Shown: positions 39,901 to 53,585 of the stretch, piece after piece
Numbering within the stretch: position 1 is the stretch's first letter
Layout: the number at the start of each line of letters is the position of its first letter
DNA from: Octopus sinensis
Lineage: Eukaryota
DNA length: 64,000 bases
Reading direction: 5' to 3'
Assembly: GCF_006345805.1 (NCBI RefSeq)
Contig: NC_043012.1
Coordinates: forward strand, 39,432,001-39,496,000
Notes under the pieces: model-generated
What the model was told of the DNA's origin: nothing
What the model saw: only the letters and a program-made list of their open reading frames with translations
Database searches by the model: none
Program-made: the position numbers and the translations under genes

Positions 39901-40967
39901 TCTTTACTCTTAATATTTCTAATCTCTTTTTGATTTTTACGAAAGTCAAGATTTCCTGATAATTTTGTCCTCCCCCTCATCTAGAAACGTGGAATATTAT
40001 CGATACACCTTCTTGGTGCTTAGGCTTTGTTCTCATTTTCCCTTTTCTTCTTTAGCAGAAAATATTTTATTTTCGTGGAATATTGTTATTATCGTATTTG
40101 TTTAAAATTCTACATCCAGATAGCAGTTCTTCGTATTATTGCATAATTTCGTAAGACAACCGATGCAAAATTTTAGCAATTAATGTATTTTAAATATATT
40201 TTATTTATACTGAAATTATACATGAAATGTTTTGTATTTAAAAAATATTGTGGTATTTTAATCAAACCATAAAGTTATTGTCTTTTATAAATAATTTATT
40301 GGAAAAATACGATACATTTCATTGACACATTAATACTTGTTTGTCCCACGAAATAGAGATAATAAAATTTTAGTGTGACAACATGAAATTACTATCATGT
40401 ATAATTGCTTCAATATTTAATTAAAATATAAAATTATAGACTGTAAAAACAGCCAGAATATAAGCGATTATTGTAGCAACATTGATTAGCTCAGCTATAT
40501 GAAATTTATCATTACTGTTCAATACTTAATTAATACTCATCAAACATAAATATCTAAATATCTAAATATAATCAATTAAGACGAATCCATCTGTATATAT
40601 TTAAAATGCTCTTCTCATCCATACCACCTAACACGATTATCAGTGCTTCAATAAACCACCACTCTCTTCTTGATATATTCACTGTCGAATATAGAATATA
40701 ATAAATATATAATAATAATATTTTCTTTCTCTACATATGTTGGTTTTACGTCATTCCTTTTTACTTTTACAACACGCTAGAAAGGATAGCTAGGTTCTTT
40801 CTAGAGTGTTGAATCCCACGAGTGGATTCCTTATGTGTTTAAATGTACACTGTATTTTATAAGTAATACATAGTCTTTGGACTAAATTTTTACACGCTAG
40901 GCCACTGGAAGTGAAAATTTCTATTAATTTCCATTTCCCTTCGATATGATTAAGTATATATATATAC

Positions 40968-41029
<62 letters not shown>

Positions 41030-41050
41030 TATATAATATATATATATATA

Positions 41051-41530
41051 GTAGCGGGCCTCCAAGCCGGTACAGTGTTGGAATGTATTCATAAGGCACA
41101 TATTGACATCTATCGTAATGTCCATTTTCCTTACAATAAAAGATGTTAAAAAGTATTTAAATATTGGATAACATACTTTTACAAGTTTATTTAGAATATC
41201 TAAATGCAGAAAGTAATTTAGATAATAACAGAGACGTACTGTACGAAAATTATAAAACATTTACCGAACTTCAGTATATACAATGTTTTTAGGTTTTTTA
41301 ATTTGGAGCATATATGAAGACTTTCTGTGAGCTTCCTACTCTGGAACAACCTACGTACAATTGACCCTGTGAGAAACAGCCCTCTTCTAGATTGAAACCG
41401 ACAACCTGCCTTCTTAATGATCAATGCGGACATGACTCTCACTGGGAATTGCAATCGTTTGAAACGAAAAGCGACATCTGTTGGTATTAGTGGTATTCTA
41501 GGTACAAATACAGCGTCTCCCTTATCCCAT
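41051..41530 (-). mobile_element. Helitron RepHel (PIF1-like helicase) C-terminal fragment with possible 3' end
   Basis: GDAVFVPRIPLIPTDVAFRFKRLQFPVRVMSALIIKKA, frameshift, then VVGFNLEEGCFSQGQLYVGCSRVGS (helicase motifs V-VI). A GC-rich segment ending CTAC lies near 41051. Confidence 0.85.
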
Positions 41531-42338
41531 TTCTCTATCTGTCTCTCATGTGTTTTTCTCTAGAGACGAAAAGAGAGACACATATACAACTAGAGAGAGA
41601 GAGAGGGTAGAGATAGTGAGAGAGATAAACATAGAAAGGGACATATAGACAGAGAGAAAGAAGAGTTTCGGTGGTGACTCCAAAGGAAGCAGAAGGTAGA
41701 TTGAGTGACAGGTGGAGTAATTTTCTCTCCGTCTGTAAACAGCATTACAGTGAAATAGACAGTAGGTGGACTACTAGAAACAGGAGGCAATACACCACCA
41801 AGTCGCCCCAGCCACCCAATCCGTTTTCGGAAAATAAGTGCACTGTGATCTGCAGAATGGCCAAATTAATTTATATGACAGGAAAAACCTGAAATATTAT
41901 CAATTTTATTTAGTGTTTTCAGCGGTCAACGTACAAAGAAACAAATTTTACTTTGGTTTGCAAGATTGTTTACGTCCACTGTTAGAAACGTATTTTGTTG
42001 TATATCGAGAGGGTCATTGTGTCAATAATAAGCACGCGTACTGACTATGTTTCATTTATATATATTTGCTAATTAGTTAACCAATTAGCTAATCGATTGT
42101 TCAATTAATCATCCTATCAATCAGCCAGCTAGGTCTACAATGTCCATTTGCAACTGTATCAATGACATGGCCCTCTATTACAGGTCAGCTTCAAGTCTGT
42201 CTGATACACACACACACACACAAATCAACGATCAATTTTCTTCGCAAGCCTTTGTCAATTTACCTTTAAATAAATAAACAATTCATTCTACTGAAAGTAT
42301 TTAGTCGTTTATTCAGGACGACATTGTTATTTTTAACT

Positions 42339-42682
42339 TCGTGTCACTCCGTCGGTAACGACGACGAGGGATCTAGTTGATCTGATCAACGGAACAGCCT
42401 GCTCGTGAAATTAACATGCAAGTGGCTGAGCACTCCACATACACTATACACTTAACATTAGTTCTCGTGGAGTGTGACAAGGCTCTTTGAAATATAGGTA
42501 CAACAGAAACAGAAAGAGTGAGAGAAGAGTACAGCAGGGTTCGCTACCACCCCCTGCCAGAGTTTCGTGGACTTTAGGTGTTTTCGCTCAATAAACACTC
42601 ACAACGACCGGTCTGAGAATCGAAACCGCGATCCTACGACCGCGAGTCCGCTGCCCTAACCACTGGGCTATTGCGCGTCCAC
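42339..42682 (-). mobile_element. tRNA-derived SINE family C
   Basis: Colinear with 33231-33603. Confidence 0.85.
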
Positions 42683-44359
42683 AATTTTTTAAATAAACAA
42701 AATTATTCATTGAATAATTTCCTTTTCTCTGTTTTCTCAACATGATTTTAAAATTCTTTGCTGTTACATTATTTTAAGTTCGAGAGGAAATTTTGCCAAT
42801 GAAAACTCATTGAAGATTTTTATTTCACGTTTTATTGTTATCAATTAACTAATTAATTAATCAATTGCACGACCAATGGTTTGATTAATCGATCAGATGA
42901 TTAGTGAGAGTCCTTTCGACAGAGTATATTACGTAATCCTTGGCGTGTTGCTTATTTTTCTCTCATTGTGCGAAGGTTGGTCATCTAAGAAGGTCAGCCT
43001 TATTTTACCGAACCTTTTGCTAGTCTGTAGTGGATGAAGGCTTTAAGGTGTGTTCATTCATTACACTGAGTACCATCACTTGATGATTTTGTATCTTCTG
43101 TCGTATATTTATTGCAAGTAGCATGTTCTATAGTAATTGCCTTTTAATATTGGTTTCATTCTGAACACCTAGCTTAGGGTACATGGACTACGTTGCAATT
43201 TAAAGCAGAGAAACAACGAATAAAGTGTTTGTTTTTTTATTTTGAAATTAATATTTACAAAAATCAAACAAAGGATGAACTATAACAAAGCTATTCAGTC
43301 CCCTACATAATTTCTGAAAGAGATTTTTGGGCTATCAATATTCTCATGTTCTGTGTTTTGTTGCTTTCCTATATCCATTCGTTAATCAAGAGTATAAGTT
43401 CTATTCACTATTTTTATGCTTTCTGTTTGGAACAATAATTATCATGTTTTTGAAAACTATAATTCTATAACAGAATATCTATGGAATCTTTCTAAATGTT
43501 TATTAAAACCCGTGGTGAAGAAGATATTCTAAACTAAACAACAGATCAATATTCAGGAGAAACAGCGGTTGATTTCTTTCTTTCGTTCGTTCTCCTTTTG
43601 TTTTGTGTTTTTCATGCAACTAATACAATCAATGTAAAATTTAGTTTTTCGCTGAAACAAATACTATCTAAAAAAATCAGTTTCCATTTAAAGAAAATTT
43701 TGTTTCTATGAAAAAAACCAAACCAAACAAAAGACCGGAATGCATTAGTTAAACGTTTGTCAAGATGAACGACAAAAACAGACAGAAATCAATAAATAAT
43801 TAACTATTTCCGTAATTAAAACAATGGATCAATTGGCTAATTTTTTTTTTACAAACGTGTTAAAAATGTGCCTTTATTAAGTATTTACTCTTAATGAACA
43901 GCTCTATTCCCAGAACATGCTAAAAAAAACATGACGTCACTTTAGAGCAGTTGCATTGCATAATGTGCATATCTGCGTAGGCGCCTGTATGCGTGTGTCT
44001 ATGTATGGAGAAAAAGAGATAAAGTGAGGGAGGTATGGAAGAGAGTAATAGGGAAAAAGAGAAAGAACACTCAACAGTGAATGCTGGATGGAATAACTGA
44101 AGCTGAAACGTGTTAAACCATTACTCTGAGTTTCTCGTTGCCCATCTTAAGAAGATAATGAAATAGAACAATATTGTATTTAAAGGAGTATGGAGAAAAT
44201 GTTTGGACATCATAACGAACATCAGTTGGTTGACATGGAATAACAATAAATTTCAATAATGATATATCCTTCGATTCATACATGTGTAAATCGGAGCGAT
44301 ACTTAGTTGTAAAATATATATTAAACAAAGTATTGCATATATTATTATTATTATTGTGA

Positions 44360-44560
44360 TTAGGGCAGCAAGCTGACAGAATGCTTAGTGGCATTTTTTC
44401 TGTCTTCACATTCTGAGTTCAAATTCCGCCTAGGTCGACTTTCCATTCATCCTATCGAGATCGATAAAATAAGTACCGGTTGAGTACTGGAGTCAATGTA
44501 ATCGATTTACGCCGTCCCCGAAATCTCTGGCATTGTGCCAGAATTTGAAACCATTATTAT
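44360..44560 (+). mobile_element. SINE family B (Nin/Deu-domain)
   Basis: TTCTGAGTTCAAATTCCGCC..GTCGACTTT..TCATCCT..TCGATAAAATAAGTACC; follows a (TTA)n run. Confidence 0.8.
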
Positions 44561-45943
44561 TACCGTTAACATATGTAACGAATCGGAATTATAAGGCAAC
44601 TGATAAGGGTATTTCAATGCACGATCTTATCGTTTCCATTCGCCTTTGTCTCAGTCGCGTCAGAACAAAGTCGGAAAAAATGCCACTAAGTATTTTATCT
44701 AGCCACTTGACAATTCTTCCAGCTCTCAAGTTTAAGTAGTAGTAATAGGAATGTGGTTTCTTATTTCTGAAGGAGTAAATCGATACCAGTAATCGAAGTA
44801 CCTCACTGTTACCTTTTTGTGTTCAGTAACAAAATTCCCGTTGAACGTGAAGTTCCTTATTAATTTTAAACCTATTTATGCATGGTTTTCCAAAACGTAC
44901 TTTATACATCTTTGGAAACGTTCTTACTTTATGAAAATGCTCTCCAAAGGCATTTTTTAAAAAATGGATTAGCAATAAAGGGTCAGAAAATTTAAATTAG
45001 AAGTACAGACGAATATATTGATCTCAAAACAGAAATTGTACTTTATTTTATCGACTAAGGAAGAACATAAGGCAGAGCTAACTCCAATTAGAGTTCAGAA
45101 TGTAAAGAACCAGCCTAAGCACAACGCACTTTGTGTGATGCTCTAACGATTCTGTCAATAAAACTCGACTTTCAGTTCGTGAAATAGGATGGTATTTTGT
45201 AGTGTTATGAATGACAGCTTTGGAGTATAGTACAGTTCTAAGAATATATACGTACACACACACATAGATATATAATGTAAAATACAGCAATATTTCAAGA
45301 ATCTCGACTCTTGTGACACAGTGTCGTGTTTGTTGCCAAGAGTCATGATTAGAAAGGAGGGAAATATAAAATCAGAAAAATAAAACGTAAATAAAATTGT
45401 TAGAAAAGTCAATATTTAAGCGCGTGTTTTGCTAACGAAACTAAAATGCAAGTTGATTGATTGGTTGTTTTCGGTGTTGACCTGAGAAAAATTCTCGTTC
45501 ACTGATCACGTCTAATACTTAATATGTGAAGTGAATCTATTTCTATCGGTAATTTTTACAAGAAGAAACAAAGTGACTATTAAAACCATGAACTAAATAC
45601 TCGAAGAATCTTCACATTTTCTTTCAGACATACAATAGCAAAAACAAAAGAAGCAAAATTTACCAAAAGCAAAACCATGGGATAAAGACAATAAAAATAT
45701 AAATGTTACAAAACTGAAATAAAACATTAAAAATGGAAGCTTTTTCTATTATTTTAGCTCCAATGTTTATACAGTTCCAAATATCTAGTAATTTATCGCT
45801 AGAACTATCTTTGACCAAAGTCCTAACATTTATAGTTCTTTAAATAAATTTATATATTTTTCTCTTCGCTTCATTTTTCACTTCTCTTGTAAAAATTATC
45901 GATTCTGCAGTAAAAATTTTACAACTTTAAGGATACAACATAA

Positions 45944-45996
<53 letters not shown>

Positions 45997-47299
45997 CGTG
46001 CGTGTGTGTGCGCGTGTGTGCGTGTGTGTGTGTGTGTGCGTGTGTGTGCGCGTGTGTGCGTGTGTGTATGTGTGTGTGTGTGTGTGTGTCTGTGTGTGTG
46101 TGTGTGTGTGTGTAAAATAGATGCTTAAACGAGTCAATGAAGTAGACAATTCTGTACTAGAAATAGCAGCTAAAACCCTAACCTGACATCGAATCAAACT
46201 GGAAGAATACAATAATGATCATGTCTTTGAATAGTTTTGATTGTAGATCAAGTGGATCAGTGTTGATCTGAAGATAAATTATGCAACCAGAGCTAGATGC
46301 TTACAAGATGAGATTACTGTGATTGGGTTCGTTAATGTTTTGCCTGAAATGTTCTGGGTATGTGCGTTAGTGCTCTGATATTCAAGCACGCTTCAATTAT
46401 TAGTAGGCATACATGTAGTATTTAGTATTTAGTAAGCACTGTTTAACTAGGAAACTTGTCTTGGGTTGCTCCACCTGCTAGAAACAGTAATAATTATATC
46501 AGTTGAGTTACATATTCCAGTCGTAAATTAGGGAAGAAGATATTGCTAATGTGATAAACCTTTTATCTAAAACAGTAATACGGATATTTCGTATTTGTGT
46601 TTGGTTTGTAACATGCTTCATGTGAACTCGCCTGTTGAAAGAAATTCTGTTGTATTCCGAGGAAGGGGTTATTATACCAATAAATACCACACATACACCT
46701 ATTATATTTCACTTTATTTTATTATTCGTTAATTGGTTAACTATGTAATCAATTAAATAAGCGATTGTTCAATTAATCATTGGATTAATCCATCAATCAT
46801 TTTGTCAATTTTTTTAAATCTTAAGTTGCTACCTCTTTAACGACAATGCTCCAACCGACGGATAAAAAGGAAGGAAAATGGAGCCGGTACATGGGTTTAT
46901 TTGTATAATTAACCCGTCGAGATGCAATAAAAATACAGATAATTATGAATGAAATAGATTTGATATTAGGGTTATTCGATCAGACGTAAGTTGGAGCTAA
47001 ACACTTTTACCATTCCACCATATATATATGAATTAAAACTCAGAGTACTGCTCACAAAATTGAGGGTTTATCTTTTCTGTGACTGCTGCAGCTGCTACAC
47101 ATATAGATATTAGAGACGATAGTAAAAAGAAGTCTACCCGGTCTTTGAGGAAAGTCTTTTTCACATCTCATGACAAGCTGCAGATCACAGACTATCTGTA
47201 TGCTGTCTCCTATCACAACTACGCCAGCTTTGTCGTATTACTTACATAAATATGAACCCGAACTTCGACAAACTATAGTATATTTCAGTTTTTACTGTT

Positions 47300-47612
47300 G
47301 AGGGACAAGATGATCTAGAGCAGGGGGTCCAAAGAAGATGATCTAGAGCAGGAAGCCACGAGTAAAAAATTGTAATTTGTGGAGTCATATATAAATTTTG
47401 TTTACTAGAAGAGGTACCTGTATTTATTGAAATTTTCAAGATTTGAATTTGGAATTTATGTTATGAATATAACAGAATTGTTTCATTGTGAGTTTTTACT
47501 AACCTACAAGCAAACATTATATTTCAAAACTTTACATGTGCATATATGGGGTCCACGGATGATAAGATAGTTCTCATGGGTCCACAAGCAAAATAAGGTT
47601 CAGAACCCTAGA
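47300..47612. mobile_element. hAT-like MITE remnant
   Basis: GGGGTCCA subterminal motifs and end GGGTCCACAAGCAAAATAAGGTTCAGAACCCTAG; short duplication AAGATGATCTAGAGCAGG. Confidence 0.45.
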
Positions 47613-48588
47613 GAATGATAGATGTGATGGTTATATCCTCTAAGTGTTTGAAGATTAGCTATTATCAGCTCATCTAGATATATTTATTTATGGCATTAGT
47701 GTTAGTTTTGGTAGCATTGATTTATCTAATGAAATGGTTATGCAGAAAATTGTACATATGATCTATAAATGTGAACTAAGTGTTCATTGCTACAATCGGT
47801 TCGACTCGAACATCGGTTTCTGAATGTTTCATGTTGTTCGTGATATTCCAATTTGTCTGTGATATGTTTTTAGTAGATAGACGGCATTAATTAGATAAAA
47901 TTTAAGGTATGTATGTTCATGTCTAAGAGATTTTATCTAGTCTGATTGATCTAATATCTTATTACGATTTTCACATTTTCTATTTTTGCTTTTAATTTTT
48001 CTGGAAGCTATTGGCGTATCTTCAAAATTCTATATTTTTGTGAAGCAGAAATAGATTATATTTGAATAGTAAAAGAAAGTAGTTTTGAAGTGGACACCTA
48101 TTTCTCTTACAACCATATTAACAAACGTATTGTTGTTATCTCTTTTGAATCTAAATATTTTCTAAATTGGTGTCAATTTTTAAGAGTAACGGGTTTTAAT
48201 TTTTTTATTGGCATATCAGTTGCTTGTCTCAACCTGTCATGTTATGCCACGCACATATAAGCTTATAATTATTCTGATAGTATCCCCGTTATATATATAC
48301 ACACACATATATATATACACATATATACATACACATATATATATACACACACACACGCACACACACATACACACACACACACACACACAGATAAATATAT
48401 ATATATATACACTTACAATAGGTGAGAGATTGATATGCTCAGTATAGAAAACAAGCTGCAGCGCTCAAATGAATTTGAACTCCGGGTTCTTCCCCAAGAA
48501 CTAGGTCCATAACTTCCAGAATGACTGTAAGAGAAATCCGAAGCAAACTGATATGCAGATAAATACAATTAGGATTGCTTGACACGCG

Positions 48589-48627
<39 letters not shown>

Positions 48628-48643
48628 ACACACATACACACAC

Positions 48644-48644
<1 letters not shown>

Positions 48645-48720
<76 letters not shown>
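48645..48720. repeat. (GATA)n microsatellite; another at ~29648-29698
   Basis: Visible. Confidence 0.95.
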
Positions 48721-48722
<2 letters not shown>

Positions 48723-48756
48723 TACATATATTCATAAAGATAAACACGCACTCCCA

Positions 48757-49062
48757 CAGCGCCATTTTATGTCGTGCACATTGGGTAGTTGCCCAGGGGC
48801 CACATGGGTCTAGGGGCACAATTCTGATCTTTGTACGCCGTACCTTCCTGGCAATAAATATATACTAGTAATTTGTCGCTAGAGTTATGTTTGACTAAAG
48901 TTCTATCATTCATAGTTCTTTAAATTTATAAATTTTTCTCTTCGCTTCATTTTTCACTTCACTTATAAAATTATATATACATAATTATATCGTAAATATA
49001 TACTATAGGATCCAGTTCATTGATTTGCCCACGGTCCTGTAATGCAGCCAAGTCGGCTCCAT
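48757..49062. mobile_element. hAT-like MITE; its internal ~120 bp is also present at 45785-45900
   Basis: TTGCCCAGGGGCC and TTGCCCACGGTCC subterminal motifs; CTAGTAATTT.TCGCTAGA...TTTTCTCTTCGCTTCATTTTTCACTTC shared with 45785. Confidence 0.55.
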
Positions 49063-49825
49063 GTGTGTGTATGTACAAATAAACACACGCGCACACAAAT
49101 TTCTTTCATGCTAACAAAGCAACAGGGAAGTTCGGAGTAGATGAAATAGCAGTCAAATATCCTCCAAATCTACTATCTGTTGAAAAACTTAATAACACTG
49201 GAAAACATCGGTCTTGATGTTTACAGAACACCAGGACCGAATGGTTATATTTGGAAGAATTTTAAGTTCAGGGGTGTTTCTGAACCATTAAAATCGAGCG
49301 ATAACTATGGTGATATATCATCTCACATAGATACTAAGCCAAAATTTAAGGTAGTAGTTAAAGTTACTTATAAACAATTAAATATACAACGCAACCACCC
49401 GTCACTATCGAGCTAGTATGGAGAGGTAGCATGGAGCATATTTTCGCAAGTTATTGCAGGTGGGTGTTGTGTAGTTGGGAGTAGGTAAGGGCACATGCTC
49501 TGCCTGCTCATCTGTGTCCCCGTAGCACATCTACGATCATACCAGTGGAGAAGGGAATGAACCAACAACTAATAGCTATTCATATACAGTCGAGTAGACT
49601 GAAGCAAAATGAAAAGACGTACCTTGTTCAGAAACACAAGATGCTACCTGGTCCACAAACTGAACTCCTGATCATGTTGCTTTTGAGCCCGGGCACTCTA
49701 ACCACTAGTACGGACACCGTTACCAATAACTAAATGCGTATTCGATATTCTAAACCTAAGTATTAAGGACGCACTTTGGTATCTACGATTATACAATCCC
49801 CCCATCTGTATCTCCTGAATACATA

Positions 49826-50042
49826 CGAGGGGCGCTGAAAAGTTCTTGGCTTTAAGGGTGTCGCTAAAGGCCTGATTGAAGGCTCAACCTTCCGAGTTCT
49901 CTTACAGGATTTCGAAAAAACTGTAGGACTGCTGCAATATGTGTGTAAATCTGACGGGGGAATATATTGAATAAAGACACAATTAACTGATCTTTCTCTA
50001 GTTTCTCTTACTCAAAGCCAGGAACTTTTCAGCAGCCATCTG
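49826..50042 (+). mobile_element. Mariner-derived MITE
   Basis: TA|CGAGGGGCGCTGAAAAGTTCTTGGC ... GCCAGGAACTTTTCAGCAGCCATCTG|TA imperfect TIRs; internal CVNLTGEYIE* matches a mariner C-terminus. Confidence 0.8.
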
Positions 50043-50060
50043 TACACACACACACACACA

Positions 50061-50123
<63 letters not shown>

Positions 50124-50470
50124 TGTATGCATACATAAGATACTGTCGGGTATATGATAAGTACAACTATTGATGTGTGTACATCAGTTAAATACTATGT
50201 GCTAAGCAATGATAATACGAAGCCATTACACAAACAGCATCAAGATCGATCTTTAGAGGGGAAGATGCCAAATTATAAAAGATATCTTAAATCATTGTCA
50301 CAGTAATAATTATATTGACGTCTTTAGCGGCGCTAATTTACAGTTCATTTAGCCTCCTGACGTTTATGATGAAGAAATAGAAATGGGTTATGGGAGGTGA
50401 AGGAGAATGATTAGGTGGGGTTAAATGACGTACCACGTCCAATGGTCCACGTACACATTCACACACAAAC

Positions 50471-50553
<83 letters not shown>

Positions 50554-50786
50554 TATATATCTGTATGTTGTGTGTGTGTGTGTGTACATATACGTAGATA
50601 GATACATGTGTACATACGTGTATATATATAAGCATGTATATACACACATTCGCTAATATACATATAGACATAAAACATAAATCTACCAAGATATACAAAC
50701 ACATAAAAATATATATCCAACGTAGTCAGAAATAAGTGTATATGCTTGATTATAAAAATGTGTGTGCGTATATATGTATGTATATG

Positions 50787-50842
<56 letters not shown>

Positions 50843-52115
50843 ATATATGAGCTGGCCATATAGAAATTTCCATATATGTGTGTTTGGACGTCTCTTTGAA
50901 AAGTAGAACATAAAGTAAACCAGTCTGTTGGTCTCTTTATTTACCGTACATCTCCCTCTATATATCTCTCTCGCAATACACTCGAATGTATCCATACTCA
51001 CACATGCATACATATATGCCAACACTCAGCCACCTATGTATATATAGTTTTATATAGTATATATACATATGTATGCATATTTAGCTATATATTTCCATCT
51101 ACTCGCACACAATTACATCGCACACACTCGTTTTGTAAATTCGGCTGTGCTTTTTGTAATGAATTTCCCGTTATTACTTTATACCCATACATAAAGTTTA
51201 TCTGTATCCAGAAAAATGATTCAACAATGGCTTACTCGAGTGAAAGCTATATATTGACCATAGTCACTAAATCTGCATATTCATTTGTAGACACGCAGGC
51301 TCACACACACACGCCAGCATGCTAGTTGCATGATTGTTAGAAAGCCGGATAGCTTTCTAGCACTTTTTTTTTGTGTTCTGCGTTCAAATTCCGCTGGCTT
51401 ACTCCTTTGCTGGAGATAAAGAACCAATCATTTCATTAACTGAAGCGAACCGCCTGAGATGTGGATCGTCAACAGGCGGACGGCCGCACTACTAAATAAA
51501 CATTTTTTTCGCGGTAATTTTTCGTTGGCGTACTATTGAGAAGGTCCAGTGTGCCGCACTTTGCATTCATAGCTGTGTCAGAGACTGTAACGGAATGCGT
51601 CATCACACCATCTCTTCAGGTGCTTTAATTCAAATTGCTGTCTAAAAGAGTCCAAATAACAATAATTGATCTAATATACAGCGCATTGCTGCCAGGCATT
51701 GGCATTGAAACCTGTGTTAATAATACTGATTGCTGATCAAACTTTGATAAAGGAGCAAAATTATTTGTGTAGTCTTCTATGCATGAAGAGCGTGTCACTT
51801 GATGAATGGAGAGAAAGATATACACACACACATACGCATATATATATATATAATATATATATATATATATAATATATATATATATATATTATATATATAA
51901 TATATATATATACAATAATGAATCTCTGAACAGTAACTGCACGACAATGTGAAGTATATTTGCCATCTCAATATGGCTAGCCACTAAGGGTGAATGTTAC
52001 TGTAGCTTGTAGCCTCAGGGAGAACATCTTCTCCAGCTGGCTATTGACACACTTTCTGTGCCCTATCGGTATTTGCAAAGGGAGGTCATCCTTCCCTCAT
52101 CAACCTAAGTGATAC

Positions 52116-52158
52116 GCACGGACTGCAGTTTCTGGGTATTGACCCGTCATCAGCGCAC
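52116..52158 (-). ncRNA. Minimal type I hammerhead ribozyme with canonical core, in a Penelope-like remnant (~51915-52420)
   Basis: Minus: GTGCG-CTGATGA-CGGGT-CAAT-ACCCA-GAAAC-TGCA-GTC-CGTGC. CUGAUGA, GAAA and GUC are all intact; palindromic stem III loop. Confidence 0.85.
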
Positions 52159-52419
52159 GACAATCACCTTTCCCTTTATTATAGGCTCAATGGCCTGAAT
52201 GAAGAGGGGACATAACAATACCATACAGGATATGGGGCACATATTATAAAAATGAAAAGGATGATATTAAATGAAATGAATTATTAACAATAAATTAAAT
52301 GAAATGGCTTACGAACCTCCCAAAGCTCGCAGTTTCATTTATATTACAGTTATACTATATGGGGTGTTCCTCCGTAATGTAAACGAGTAATTCATCCTGC
52401 TCTATAACTCCGGGCAAAC

Positions 52420-53280
52420 TGTCATATCGAACGTAATGCACTATGGTTATAGCTATGGTTAAATTTGTTTACCGTCTCTTTTTCCACTATTTCAGCCTTA
52501 AATTGATTATCGTATATTCTCGGGTTCAATTTCACTCTCGTTAGATTATTCGTTATTGCTAATTTTTTCTCAATTTCTTTATCTTTTGTGTACAATATTA
52601 CAGCTCTGAGATTCTTTCCTTTGGCTCTTCCTCCTTCCTTGCATGTTTTCAGACATTCTTCCACTTTTGCTGACCATTTTCCCCATTCCTCCCACCTTGA
52701 ACCTTCACTCACCTTAGTTGCTGTATCTCTCCCTTCGTGCGTTCGATCCTCTGTCTCGTCAGCATACTTCTTTTTAGTTCTTTTTCTTTTTTTGGTCTTT
52801 GGGTGGTGATTCCACCCGTGTTCGCTTTCTATCCTCTTTTTCTTCTGTTCTTTCCTCTTCCTTCTCCTTCACTTACTCGTCGACCCTTTCCATATTATCT
52901 CCTAAATCCTCTGTCAAATCTCTTATTGCTTCCTCCAGTGTTATCTTCCTCACTTGTATTTATCCTTCAGGACACACTTCCTTCATGTGCCCTCTTCTCT
53001 TACATTTATAATACACTGGAGGTCTCCCCTCCACCACGACTCTCAGTCGTGTCTCGTCGAGGAACACCAACTCCTCCGGGATGTTATACAAATCTGGCAT
53101 GGTTATGTGGATTAAGGCTTCCACCGCATAACCCCGCCAGTTTATTTCATTCGACTTTTCCACCTTAAGTATATCCACGTTCTCCTTGCAGTTGTAGATT
53201 ATTGCAGCTACAAATTTTTCGGCATCAGGTTCCGGTGGGATTTTCTTATTCGTATCCTCACCGCTCTTCTTCCACAATAC
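52420..53280 (-). pseudogene. LINE ORF1 (Tx1/L1-like gag-knuckle) remnant
   Basis: LRVVVEGRPPVYYKCKRRGHMKEVCP is a decayed CX2CX3GHX4C knuckle, followed by a K/E-rich tail. Confidence 0.65.
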
Positions 53281-53307
53281 CTAGGGAGTAAAACCCATAT
53301 ATATATA

Positions 53308-53524
53308 GGGCTGCGAGTTGGCAGAAACGTTAGCACGCCCGGCGAAGTGCTTACCGGTATTTCGTCTGCTGTTACGTTCTGAATTCAAATTCCGCCGAGG
53401 TCGACTTTGCCTTTCATCCTTTCGGGATCGATTAAATAAGTATCAGTTACGCACTGGGGTCGATGTAATCGACTTACTCCCTTTGTCCTGCTTTGTCCCC
53501 TGTATATTCCCCTGTGGGCAATAA

Positions 53525-53528
<4 letters not shown>
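53308..53528 (+). mobile_element. SINE family B (Nin/Deu-domain), full length
   Basis: GAGTTGGCAGAAACGTTAGCACG..GAATTCAAATTCC..GCCTTTCATCCTTTCGGGATCGATTAAATAAGTATCAG. Confidence 0.9.

Positions 53529-53585
<57 letters not shown>

Noticed and set aside
41218-41530. Host PIF1 helicase exon
   Set aside because: Frameshifted, and the motif wording (PRIPLIP, FKRLQFPV, CFS.GQLYV.CSRV) fits Helitron RepHel
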